Virus record (IMG/VR): IMGVR_UViG_3300032038_000020
Location: 62,001 to 122,517 of that record
Length of the DNA: 60,517 nucleotides
Source of the DNA: an uncultured virus (IMG/VR IMGVR_UViG_3300032038_000020)
Taxonomy: Duplodnaviria > Heunggongvirae > Uroviricota > Caudoviricetes
Reading direction: 5' to 3' (one strand)
In this document: in pieces, positions 9,997 to 19,951 of the stretch
How the letters are laid out: every line of letters starts with the position of its first letter
Position numbering within the stretch: position 1 is the first letter of the stretch
Program-made: the position numbers and the translations under genes
Notes under the pieces: generated by a model
What the model was told of the DNA's origin: nothing
Database searches by the model: none
What the model saw: only the letters and a program-made list of their open reading frames with translations

Positions 9997-10764
9997 ATGG
10001 CACAGAACAACAAACCAAGACAGCCTCGTAAGACGTGGTTTGATAACCAGGCCGAGAGGAAAGGACAGAGGTTTCTGGACGGTTGGGCCAATGGTCAGGA
10101 CAGAGACTTCATATTACCAGATAAAAAGATAAGAGCCATCGATAATATCCTGAGAGATATTAAAGATGGCCAGATAAATCAGATTAGGGATATAACTCCA
10201 ACAAGGTTACTTAACAAGGACCTTCTGTATTCCATCACGCAGGTATGTAAAGCGAGACTGGATTATTTTAACCGTATGTATAATGCGTTTGTTATGCTCG
10301 ACATGGTAAGCTACTGCGTTCTGACACAGAAACGGCTTTATGAACTGACAGAAGGAATAACAGACGTAGATGAAAAAATGAAGCATCTTGAAAAGATTGG
10401 TGTTGACAGAAACTATATTTGGCTCGTCGGCACTATGCCTTTAGACGGAGCATATGATCCCATGACCAACACTTACAAAGGTGGTATACCTTATACAAGA
10501 GAGCTTCAGCAAGCACACAATCACCCAGCATATCAAACGCAGATATGGATGGCTGAGAGGTATAAAACCATGTATAAGATCATGTACAATATCTTCTCAA
10601 AAATCTATGATGGTGTGGCACATAACACGCTCAAACAGTCGGATATAACATTTTATGAGCAGATTCAGTCAGCAATGAAAAACGCTGAAGAGCATAAGTT
10701 CCCAAATGGAATGAAGGTGCCGCTTGACTTCAATGTGCTGACTGGATACGACTACATGCTTTAA
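9997..10764 (+). CDS. hypothetical protein
   Basis: 255 aa, AAGGAGG RBS. Confidence 0.8.
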   Translation: MAQNNKPRQPRKTWFDNQAERKGQRFLDGWANGQDRDFILPDKKIRAIDNILRDIKDGQINQIRDITPTRLLNKDLLYSITQVCKARLDYFNRMYNAFVMLDMVSYCVLTQKRLYELTEGITDVDEKMKHLEKIGVDRNYIWLVGTMPLDGAYDPMTNTYKGGIPYTRELQQAHNHPAYQTQIWMAERYKTMYKIMYNIFSKIYDGVAHNTLKQSDITFYEQIQSAMKNAEEHKFPNGMKVPLDFNVLTGYDYML

Positions 10765-10812
10765 CCAGGCACTCAACTTATCTATAATACTAACCAAAGG
10801 AGGTTAATAGTT

Positions 10813-11349
10813 ATGGATAAAGCAAAACTTATAGCTCTTAGAAAAGAGCTTCATCAGCTTACCAATATAGCTAGAAAGAATCCCGATCAGAAGATAGATG
10901 TACCGCTCATCATAGCAATCGATCACGGTACTACTGTAATCGACGAGATCGATAGTTGTATAATGTGGGATGATGATAACGAAGTATTGTACTCAATCGA
11001 GTACAATAACAACGTGAACGACAAGCTGTACAATATCTGCCCGATGAGAATCAGAGCATTTCAGTACAGCACGATCGTTTCAGTAACTGCGAGAGCAGAT
11101 CTGAATATGCTTATGGACTTCTTCGACTCAAAGATTTCTGACGGAATCACGAATGAGACTACTAAGGAGAAGTACAGAAAGGCATACATGGATATGAGAG
11201 ATCCGAGAACCTTCGCTGCAGGACATCCTAGTCCGTCTACTTCAAAGGATCTTCCTTTGAATCAGGTAGATAGATTCAACGAAGACTTCCCGCTCATGAA
11301 TCCATCAGCTATCATGGCAAACCTCGAGAACTCAAATCCTGAGGTATAA
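10813..11349 (+). CDS. hypothetical protein
   Basis: 178 aa, AAGGAGG RBS. Confidence 0.8.
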   Translation: MDKAKLIALRKELHQLTNIARKNPDQKIDVPLIIAIDHGTTVIDEIDSCIMWDDDNEVLYSIEYNNNVNDKLYNICPMRIRAFQYSTIVSVTARADLNMLMDFFDSKISDGITNETTKEKYRKAYMDMRDPRTFAAGHPSPSTSKDLPLNQVDRFNEDFPLMNPSAIMANLENSNPEV

Positions 11350-11433
11350 ACACAATAACAATTGTATACAATAGAGGGGTACGAGAGGATCCCTCTTGTA
11401 TAAATCAAAATTCTTTTAAGGAGGACATCGACA

Positions 11434-12510
11434 ATGATGTACAATTCTGTTTTCAACACACCCAACGGAGGAATCTATCCTTCAACAGTAATCAACCCCG
11501 TTAATGAGAAGCCTCAGGTTTCTACTCTTAACGAAAAGGAAGAGAAGATCCTCGCTTCAACAGGCGGAAACGAGTTCGTTTTCACAGAGGAAGAAATGGC
11601 AGTAGCTCACTGCAACCACGCTCCATCAAACAACGGCCAGAATGTTCTGGAAGTAGAAAGCGATGACGGAGTTGTTGCAAAGTTCCGTTGCAGACGCTGC
11701 CACACTACATTCGAAGTGGACAGAAGAATCACTGAGAGTGATGTAAGCAAGGTGTGCGAGGTAATGCATAATATACTCAACACCATCAAAACATATCTTG
11801 GATCTGAGATCTCACCTCAGTTCGCAAGAGACGTGTTCAGCATTGATGCAGCTTTCCCGAAGCTGCCTAAGCTCTACTCACAGGCTAAGAAGAGCATCGA
11901 GCAGAAAGTCGCTGCACTCAATCAGCAGTTCCAGTATGCAAATCCTGGTGCTTACTTCGGCCAGGCAAATCCATACCAGACTGCATTCGCAAACGGTCTG
12001 AACAGTCCGTCAGCACAGTACCAGTACAACCAGTACGCTGCAGCTGCATATCCTACCTTCAATGGTAATGGAATGCCTCAGCAGATGTATGGTTACGCAG
12101 GACAGCCTGGAATGCCTGTAAATCCATATGCAGCTCAGACACCTCAGATGGTAAATCCTTATGCTCCTCAGCAGGGATATGCACCTTCTCCTGTTGGCGG
12201 TCTGATGACTGCAGAAAATCCGCTGTATACTTCACAGACTAGCGGAGTAGCTCCTGAGGGTACTGGAACTTATTCAGTTCCTGCTCCCAACTCAGGAATG
12301 ATGTTCAACAGCGTTGTTCCCTCAAACGTAAATGTTGCTCCTGCAGCTCCTATGGCAGGTACAACAACACAGGCAACACCTCAGATGAACATCCCTACAG
12401 TAGGAAGTCCTGCACCTGCACTTCCTCCTGTAACAAACCCTACACCTGCAGCTGCTCCTGCTCCTAATGTAGCAACTCCTGTAGGTAACACAAGCACAAT
12501 CACACTGTAA
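11434..12510 (+). CDS. Zn-finger protein with long P/A/Q/Y-rich low-complexity tail
   Basis: HCNH...CRRCH; tail with NPYA/QQMYG repeats. Confidence 0.7.
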   Translation: MMYNSVFNTPNGGIYPSTVINPVNEKPQVSTLNEKEEKILASTGGNEFVFTEEEMAVAHCNHAPSNNGQNVLEVESDDGVVAKFRCRRCHTTFEVDRRITESDVSKVCEVMHNILNTIKTYLGSEISPQFARDVFSIDAAFPKLPKLYSQAKKSIEQKVAALNQQFQYANPGAYFGQANPYQTAFANGLNSPSAQYQYNQYAAAAYPTFNGNGMPQQMYGYAGQPGMPVNPYAAQTPQMVNPYAPQQGYAPSPVGGLMTAENPLYTSQTSGVAPEGTGTYSVPAPNSGMMFNSVVPSNVNVAPAAPMAGTTTQATPQMNIPTVGSPAPALPPVTNPTPAAAPAPNVATPVGNTSTITL

Positions 12511-12526
12511 TTCATATTGCCCTATA

Positions 12527-12560
12527 GGGAGGTGAGAGATTCTCTCACCTCCTTATTTTT
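12527..12560 (+). terminator. intrinsic terminator
   Basis: GGAGGTGAGAGA-T-TCTCTCACCTCC hairpin plus T run. Confidence 0.8.
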
Positions 12561-12610
12561 ATCGATCCTACAACAACACTATAATCAAATTAGAAAGGAT
12601 TGATGCTACA

Positions 12611-14971
12611 ATGGCAACAGTGAAAAAGAAGAAGACCGAATCCCTTGAAGAACAAATCAAGAATTATGGGTCGCAGATCAAGGAGATTAATGATATTGTC
12701 GATCAGGTTCGACAGACTCCTGATGTGTATATAGGACCTTTAGGAAATAAGGGATTCCTAACGATGATTAGAGAGATCTTTCAGAATGCTCTTGATGAGA
12801 TACTGAAGGGTGTAGCTCTTGATATGAATATATCGCTCACATTCGATGAGCGCACTAACGCGGTGACTGTTGCAGATCATGGTCGTGGAATACCTCATGG
12901 TATGATAGGCAAGATCTTCGGTCAGACGCATACAAGTTCCAACTATGAAAAACAGCCTGGTGTATATTCTGCTGGAAAGAATGGTTGTGGCGGTGCTGTC
13001 ACAAACATGCTTTCTCATAGTATGATTATAGATTCATACGTTTTAGGCGAAGGCCGACACGCCGAATTCGTAGAGGGACATCTCTGGAAGAAAGGCGAGG
13101 TAGCAATCCCCAAGAAGGATTGCAAAGGGAAACAGGGATCAGTGATCACATTCATTCCATCTGAGACATGTTTAAACGTTGACAAGTTTAGTTTGACTTG
13201 GGAGAATGTGCATGACTTGGTTGCTTCCATAGTTCCGTTGGCACCAATAGGAACAACTTGTTCATTCGATGGAGTGGACATGAATGGAGTTATCCATCAC
13301 GAGGATATAGTCAATCAAGATGGGGTGATAACCCATTTGATCAACATGACCCAGAATCCGTTCATTGCTCCTATCGTTGTACAAAACGATAATGGAACAA
13401 TGAAGATGGATTTATGTTTGACGTACGATACAAGTGTCGAGAACAACTTTGAAGACTATCAGAGCTTCAACAACACTTGTCCTACTGAGGGCGGAAAGCA
13501 TCTTGATGGTGCACTCGATGGAGTAGTACGATTCTTCAAAGAGTACATGAACAAGATATACCTTGTAAACGTAAAAAGCAAGGTTAAGCTCGTATGTGGA
13601 ATCAACGACATCAAACAAGGACTCAAACTGGTCATAAGTACATTCCATCTCTATGCTATGTATACTGGCCAGAGTAAGGAGATACTCAGCAATGAGGATA
13701 TCTTCCCATTCGTTTCGCAGACTACTTATGAAGGTCTTCAGGCTTGGAGTCAGAACAATACTACTGATCTTCAGAACCTGTGTAAGTACTTCAGAAGCAT
13801 AATCGAACTTAGACTGAAGCAGGATAAGGACAAGGTGAAGTTGGCAAACTCTTTTAAGTCATCGATCCTTTCGGGCTATCCTGATAAGTTCAAGAAACCT
13901 AATATGAAGAAAGGTTTCGAGTTGATTATAGTTGAAGGAGATTCAGCTTTCGGTTCTGCAGAGAACTCGAGAGACAATAACACTCAGGGTATCTACCCCA
14001 TAAGAGGTAAGTTACCTAATGCCTTCGAAAAGCCAGCGAGCGTAATCTTCCAAAACGAAGAGGTAGCATCCATCTTCCAAATCATAGGTGGAGGCTACGG
14101 TAAGAACTTCGATATATCAAAGGTCAACATATCAAAGCTTATATTCATGGCTGATGCTGACCCTGATGGTAAACATATCTTGACACTTCTCCTCAGGCTG
14201 ATCGCACTGTATGCGAGACCGCTTTTGGAGGCAGGTATGGTTTACGCGGCAATACCGCCGTTATTTGGAGTTCCTATGGGTAAGGATAAGTACAAGTACT
14301 TTGTCGATAAGAAGGACTACTATCAGTATATACAGAAGAAGTTCTCTACAGACAATGTCCTTACCGATATCAACGGAAAGGCTATGAGTACAAAGAGTAT
14401 CGTAGACCTTCTCGACAGAACAGATAACTATATCAGCGTTCTTGAGAGTACTGCTACTAACTATGCAATTGATCCTAGTCTGCTTGAGAGTATCTTAATC
14501 AATAAAGATCTCTCACCCAAGAAGTTCAAGTCTGCTATAGAAAAGCAGTATAGATTCATGAATGTACGTACTGAGAACGGTATAACTGTTCTTGATGGTT
14601 TGGCTGGAAACAAAGCACATCTGGTATTCCTTACACCTCGTCTCTTAGCAGCGTGTGGTATGGTTATGAGTTATTTGAACGCTAATGAACCGTACTACAG
14701 ACTCAATGGAGAAGTGGTGTCACTGTATGGACTCAGAATTGCATTCGGCAAATACGAACCATCACATCTGCAGAGATTTAAAGGTCTCGGCGAGATGAAT
14801 GCTAAGATGCTTGGTATAAGTACATTAAGACCTGACGGAGATAGACTTCTTGTTAGATACACGTTTGAGGATATCAATCGTGAGATCAATGAGATGAGAA
14901 AGCTCAATGATAACAAGGAACTTCTCCTCAAGGGTATTGGAAAGATACCTAGACAGGACATCTTAGGATAA
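12611..14971 (+). CDS. gyrB: type IIA topoisomerase B subunit (GyrB/ParE)
   Basis: EIFQNALDE, DHGRGIP, AGKNGCG, IVEGDSA, PIRGK, DADPDG, RFKGLGEM. Confidence 0.93.
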   Translation: MATVKKKKTESLEEQIKNYGSQIKEINDIVDQVRQTPDVYIGPLGNKGFLTMIREIFQNALDEILKGVALDMNISLTFDERTNAVTVADHGRGIPHGMIGKIFGQTHTSSNYEKQPGVYSAGKNGCGGAVTNMLSHSMIIDSYVLGEGRHAEFVEGHLWKKGEVAIPKKDCKGKQGSVITFIPSETCLNVDKFSLTWENVHDLVASIVPLAPIGTTCSFDGVDMNGVIHHEDIVNQDGVITHLINMTQNPFIAPIVVQNDNGTMKMDLCLTYDTSVENNFEDYQSFNNTCPTEGGKHLDGALDGVVRFFKEYMNKIYLVNVKSKVKLVCGINDIKQGLKLVISTFHLYAMYTGQSKEILSNEDIFPFVSQTTYEGLQAWSQNNTTDLQNLCKYFRSIIELRLKQDKDKVKLANSFKSSILSGYPDKFKKPNMKKGFELIIVEGDSAFGSAENSRDNNTQGIYPIRGKLPNAFEKPASVIFQNEEVASIFQIIGGGYGKNFDISKVNISKLIFMADADPDGKHILTLLLRLIALYARPLLEAGMVYAAIPPLFGVPMGKDKYKYFVDKKDYYQYIQKKFSTDNVLTDINGKAMSTKSIVDLLDRTDNYISVLESTATNYAIDPSLLESILINKDLSPKKFKSAIEKQYRFMNVRTENGITVLDGLAGNKAHLVFLTPRLLAACGMVMSYLNANEPYYRLNGEVVSLYGLRIAFGKYEPSHLQRFKGLGEMNAKMLGISTLRPDGDRLLVRYTFEDINREINEMRKLNDNKELLLKGIGKIPRQDILG

Positions 14972-14977
14972 CCAATA

Positions 14978-15009
14978 GAAGGTGTGGAGCAATCCGCACC
15001 TTCTTTTTT
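14978..15009 (+). terminator. intrinsic terminator
   Basis: AGAAGGTGTGGA-GCAA-TCCGCACCTTCT plus T run. Confidence 0.8.
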
Positions 15010-15096
15010 GTGCGTAATATTTTAATGACAATCCTACATATATATAATCGAACCCAATTGGGCGATATTAAAATACATCCAAAGGAGAGTATCATT

Positions 15097-15540
15097 ATGA
15101 ACAACAACAGAAACCCTAAGTACAACAAGAAAGGCTATTCAAAGCCTAACCCGAACACCACAAGAGTAGCAAAGTATACTACGGCTGAGTTCGAACTTGG
15201 TTCTTCTGACAAGTACGACTCTATAATCGACACACTTATTGCTATCATTGATTCATGCAGCTTCGACTGCTGCGCTATCACTGCTAAGATGAGAAAGTCC
15301 GCTTTCTTTGACAGCTCTGAATCAAAGGGAATGATCGACCTCGGCGAGATCAGAGAGTTCAACAATGATACAAAGAAGTTCACTGTATCTATGCCTACAG
15401 CTACATATACAAAGCTTAAGGACGTCATCAACAACGGCAGTCTTAAGATCGTACCTGCAGTGAGACTCAACAAGGACACTGGTGAAGTTAAGTTCATCTC
15501 TTGCTTCGAAGCTGTTCTTCCTTCCACTGCAAACGAATAA
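15097..15540 (+). CDS. hypothetical protein
   Basis: ATG 15097 after AAAGGAG. Confidence 0.8.
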   Translation: MNNNRNPKYNKKGYSKPNPNTTRVAKYTTAEFELGSSDKYDSIIDTLIAIIDSCSFDCCAITAKMRKSAFFDSSESKGMIDLGEIREFNNDTKKFTVSMPTATYTKLKDVINNGSLKIVPAVRLNKDTGEVKFISCFEAVLPSTANE

Positions 15541-15695
15541 GACAACTTCTATCATTTCAAAACCATCCTTATATAGGAATTCGGTGGAGGTCCCTAGTGG
15601 CCTCCACCAATTCCCGTGTCTGTTGTATATTATAGAGAGGTAATAAAGGAGTTTGGTCAGAACTCTACAATAATCACACAAGGAGGTTACAATAT

Positions 15696-18086
15696 ATGCC
15701 AGAAACAATAGTAGAAAGGAATATGCTCAGTCAGTATCACGGAGATTATAGAGCGTTTGCTCTGTACTGTGAGATGCAGAGAAGTGTTCCTAATATGAAT
15801 GACGGACTTATACCAGTACACAGAAGAACTGTGCACTGTGCATGGGAGTATTGTCATGCGTACTATCGGGAGAATGAACGCCCGAACCTTATGAAATGCG
15901 CCAATGTGATCGGAGCTACAATGTCACACGATCACCCACATGGTGATGCTGGTATACAAACAGCGCTCTATACAATGATAAACTGGTATCAGACTAAGTA
16001 TCCTCTGTTCCTTGGACAGGGAAACTTTGGTAACACCTTTACCAGTACTGGTGCTTCACCACGATATACTGAGGCTACAATTTCAGCATTCTGCAGGGAT
16101 GTAGTACTCGATGAAGTTATGCAGTTCAAAGATGTAATCGATTGGACTCCTAACTATGACAAGAGAAGCTTGGAACCATTATACTTACCTACTAAGGTTC
16201 CGCTTCTTCTGTTAAATGGCTCAATGCATATGAGCGTTGGTGATAAGGTTGATGTACCTTCACATAATATCTGTGAGGTAATTGATGAGACTATCAAACT
16301 TATCAAGGACCCTAATCACCAGGTAGTTCTTATACCCGATCACACTCAGGCTTGTGAGATCATAGATACAGACTGGAAGGAAATGTCTAGAACTGGTTAT
16401 GGCTTATACAAAGTAAGAGGTGTGATAGAGATTAAGGAGTACTTCGGTAAGACTAAGAAGTATAAGGGACGTACTGTTCTTGCTATACGTAGTTGTCCTA
16501 ATCTCACTTATCTCGGAAACATCATAACTTCTATCGAAAAGCTTGTTAAGGACAATAAGCTTATCGGTATAGAAGATATCGAAGATGAATCAGGCATCGA
16601 CGATATGAACTATATTCTCGTTCTCAGACCTGGTGTAGATCCCAACTTCGTTAAGGAGAGTATCTATACAAACACCAGACTTCAGAACACATTCCGTCTC
16701 TATCTGAAGGTATTCGTAGACGATGGAATGTATGTATCTACTAAGAGAATGAACTACACAGAGTATCTCACACACTTTATCGATATCAGACGTATCACCA
16801 AGCAGAGATACTACTGCCACAAACATCAGAAGATTCAGACTCGTCTGCATGTAGTAAACAACTACATCTGGGCTTTTGAGTCTAAGAAGGTTACTGATGA
16901 GGTTCTTAACCTTATTCGTAAGAAGAAAGTTGTCGATGATGCAGAGCTTATAGAAGATCTGATTAAGAAGTTTGGCTTCACTGATCTTCAGGCTAAGTTC
17001 ATAATCGACATGGAAGTCAAGAAGCTTTCACAGGGCTGGTATCTTAAGTTCAAAGAAGAGAAGGAACAGCTTGATGCAGAGGCTAAGATATGTGCAAACA
17101 TCATCGCCAATGACGATGTACTCGATCAGATCATTATAGATGAGCTTGAAGATATCAAGAAAAAATATGGCGATAAGAGAAAGTGCAGAGTTATCTCTGC
17201 TGCAGAAGCATCTGGTATTCCTCAGGGTATCTTCAAGATATCTCTGTCAGAACAGAACATGCTCAAGAAGTTCGGACCAGAAGAGAATATAACTGGAACC
17301 AGATCTGGTGATAGAGTTAAGTTCCTTATCAAGGGAGACAACTCTAAGAATATACTTCTCTTCGGCAACAAGGGAAGAGTATACAATATTCCGCTGTCGA
17401 AGATTCCGTTTGCGGATAAGTCTTCTCCTGGTACAGATGTCAGAATCATCAACAAGAATATCAATGCTCCGATAACTGCAGTTATCTATGAGCCTTTGTT
17501 CGAACAGTACAAGGATGGATATCTTGTAGTAGTTACAAAGAGCGGTCTTATTAAGAAGATGACCATAGGTGACTTCTTAGCAGTTCCACCTAGCGGTCTC
17601 GTGTATACGAATCTTGACCCAGATGACTATGTGATCAGCGTTAACTTCTTCTATGGCAACAACGCTGACATAGTGATCTACAATCAGAACAAGGCTCTTA
17701 AACTCAACATTGCGGAGATACCTCTCTTTAAGCGTAATGCTAAGGGTAATATCTCTATGGGAGGTACAAACAAACAAGTAAACGGTATGAGTGTACTTAA
17801 ACACGGCAGTACCGAGTATCTTGTATGTACAGCAAACGGCTATATCAACAAAATAACTCCAGACACTCTTCCTTCAGGAAGGGCAAAGGCTGGCAAGTCG
17901 GTAACAAGATTGACTAAGGGAGACTATATAGTCGATATACTTGGTGTAAACGAAGAATCGACTGTAAGAGTACTCACTAATAATGGCCAGCACACAGACA
18001 TCGCTGTAAACACAATTCCTATGGGTAGCTCAGTATCTGTAGGATACAAAGCCAACTCTGGTATCATCGGAGTTTGGAACTTATAA
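15696..18086 (+). CDS. gyrA: type IIA topoisomerase A subunit (GyrA/ParC)
   Basis: DGLIPVHRR, HPHGD, GQGNFG, catalytic PRYTEA, beta-pinwheel C-terminal repeats. Confidence 0.93.
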   Translation: MPETIVERNMLSQYHGDYRAFALYCEMQRSVPNMNDGLIPVHRRTVHCAWEYCHAYYRENERPNLMKCANVIGATMSHDHPHGDAGIQTALYTMINWYQTKYPLFLGQGNFGNTFTSTGASPRYTEATISAFCRDVVLDEVMQFKDVIDWTPNYDKRSLEPLYLPTKVPLLLLNGSMHMSVGDKVDVPSHNICEVIDETIKLIKDPNHQVVLIPDHTQACEIIDTDWKEMSRTGYGLYKVRGVIEIKEYFGKTKKYKGRTVLAIRSCPNLTYLGNIITSIEKLVKDNKLIGIEDIEDESGIDDMNYILVLRPGVDPNFVKESIYTNTRLQNTFRLYLKVFVDDGMYVSTKRMNYTEYLTHFIDIRRITKQRYYCHKHQKIQTRLHVVNNYIWAFESKKVTDEVLNLIRKKKVVDDAELIEDLIKKFGFTDLQAKFIIDMEVKKLSQGWYLKFKEEKEQLDAEAKICANIIANDDVLDQIIIDELEDIKKKYGDKRKCRVISAAEASGIPQGIFKISLSEQNMLKKFGPEENITGTRSGDRVKFLIKGDNSKNILLFGNKGRVYNIPLSKIPFADKSSPGTDVRIINKNINAPITAVIYEPLFEQYKDGYLVVVTKSGLIKKMTIGDFLAVPPSGLVYTNLDPDDYVISVNFFYGNNADIVIYNQNKALKLNIAEIPLFKRNAKGNISMGGTNKQVNGMSVLKHGSTEYLVCTANGYINKITPDTLPSGRAKAGKSVTRLTKGDYIVDILGVNEESTVRVLTNNGQHTDIAVNTIPMGSSVSVGYKANSGIIGVWNL

Positions 18087-18138
18087 GAAATGCGGGTAGA
18101 GGATAACACCTCTACCCATCTTTTATAGGAGGGTTATT

Positions 18139-18867
18139 ATGAGCGAAACAATCAAAAACACCAACGCAAAGATAAACGCACAGATGGAATTCACTATAGC
18201 TAATGGTGGCAACATCTGGCTCATGACTGATTGGCATCTTATCAGATACAACAAGAAAACTGGCGAGTTCTATGAAAGAGAAAACGCAGCTGATATCCTT
18301 GGAACTGCGGTAAGGACTATTAAGGATACCGACATTGTTATCTTCATGGGCGACCTTGTAGATTCAGAATGCTATACAGATTATCCAGTTGTATCACTGT
18401 ACAGGAAGTTAGCAACTATCTGCAGTGTCTTCAAGAAGGCTAAGAAGAAGTACTTCGTTATCGGCAACAATGATAGCGATGTCATACAGCTCTATAAGGA
18501 TCTCGGATTCGATGAAGTGGTTCCGTGTATCCTCTTTAGAGGCGACATAGTGATTAGTCACATGCCATTCAAGTGTAAAGATGCTAAGTATAACATACAC
18601 GGACATCTGCATATCGGAGATCCAGATCTCAAGTGTACTAGCCATTATTGGCCTCAGTATGGAGTAGAGAAAACCAGTCAGCACATCAATGTGTTCAACA
18701 ACGAGAGACATCCGATTGATCTGATGAGTGATGTTCTCAATGGACTCTGTATCAACGGAGTTCCAAATGATTCAGAGCCGTTAACTACTACAGACATGAA
18801 GGCTAAGAAACATAACGCACAACTTCTTAAGGATACCAAAGCTTACTACAAGGAACTTAAGAAGTAA
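18139..18867 (+). CDS. calcineurin-like metallophosphoesterase
   Basis: TDWH, MGDLV, IGNND, SHMP, NIHGHLH. Confidence 0.85.
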   Translation: MSETIKNTNAKINAQMEFTIANGGNIWLMTDWHLIRYNKKTGEFYERENAADILGTAVRTIKDTDIVIFMGDLVDSECYTDYPVVSLYRKLATICSVFKKAKKKYFVIGNNDSDVIQLYKDLGFDEVVPCILFRGDIVISHMPFKCKDAKYNIHGHLHIGDPDLKCTSHYWPQYGVEKTSQHINVFNNERHPIDLMSDVLNGLCINGVPNDSEPLTTTDMKAKKHNAQLLKDTKAYYKELKK

Positions 18868-18918
18868 TCTATAGGGGGTTGTTATACACAACCCCTTATT
18901 TTTAAGGAGGAATCGGAT

Positions 18919-19515
18919 ATGAATAACAGAATTCCTAAGATACCAAAGATGAAGATAGAAGATCTTCTCGAAAAGCTCAAAGAAGAATTCAGAATAGGAC
19001 ATTGGGATCCGAAGGAGGAAGAGTTTACTCCAAGAGGTGCATTCAACATGCACTCTATATACAGAACTCTCTCCCCACAGAAGTTTGAAGCTTACAAATG
19101 TGGACTCAACTACGACTACACAGAGTATCTGGCTTGGTATTTCACTACATACTTCAATTCAACATTCTTTGAACTGTACTACATAGAGTTCAGCGATGGC
19201 TTCAATTACACATTCCTTATCTATCAGGATCAGTACGGATATCATCTTGTCATTCCAGATGGCTATCTTCCAGTGTATGGAGTCATCGACAAAGGAACAG
19301 AAGATGAGTGTGTACAATTCATAGTCAATGTGATAAGTAGCTATAGAATGTGTAAAACAGAATGGATCGTCTTCAAGTATCTGCCTACTGGAATATATGG
19401 GTGTACTATAAAACAGTTCATGGATGATAAGTGGGTATGGAGATGGTACTACAAGTCATCATGTAGACAGGATCAAGTTCAATTCTTATTCAAGAGAGTC
19501 AATACCGTCCTATAG
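18919..19515 (+). CDS. hypothetical protein
   Basis: 198 aa, AAGGAGG RBS. Confidence 0.75.
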   Translation: MNNRIPKIPKMKIEDLLEKLKEEFRIGHWDPKEEEFTPRGAFNMHSIYRTLSPQKFEAYKCGLNYDYTEYLAWYFTTYFNSTFFELYYIEFSDGFNYTFLIYQDQYGYHLVIPDGYLPVYGVIDKGTEDECVQFIVNVISSYRMCKTEWIVFKYLPTGIYGCTIKQFMDDKWVWRWYYKSSCRQDQVQFLFKRVNTVL

Positions 19516-19548
19516 TTACATATTATAATGACGAAAGGAGGACTAGTT

Positions 19549-19938
19549 ATGGCTAGTGGAGTACGTATAGTATCAATCCCTAGGCGAGTAACTAAGAAAA
19601 ACGAAGAGTATAAACTCGATGGATACCACTATGTGGGAATGGAGGAAGCTCTTCGGAAGTACACACACCCAAGGTTTGCCGATCAATGCTGCTGGGTTTA
19701 TATGCAGAGGGATTCAGCAAACCAAAACAACCAGTTACCAGATGCTCTCACAATAGTGGGTAAAGTGATCAATTACGATGAAGAGCAATTCACTGTAGAA
19801 CTCTATAGGAATGACTGGTACAATACTTTACCCAATCCAGAAATCTCTATAGCCTTTACAGGTCACAGAGACGTCGAAAACAAAGCTATCGAAGTATACT
19901 CCATTACTGGACTGTACTTAGGTAGCGTAATATTCTAA
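19549..19938 (+). CDS. hypothetical protein
   Basis: ATG 19549 after AAAGGAGG. Confidence 0.75.
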   Translation: MASGVRIVSIPRRVTKKNEEYKLDGYHYVGMEEALRKYTHPRFADQCCWVYMQRDSANQNNQLPDALTIVGKVINYDEEQFTVELYRNDWYNTLPNPEISIAFTGHRDVENKAIEVYSITGLYLGSVIF

Positions 19939-19951
19939 GGAGGAATTACAC

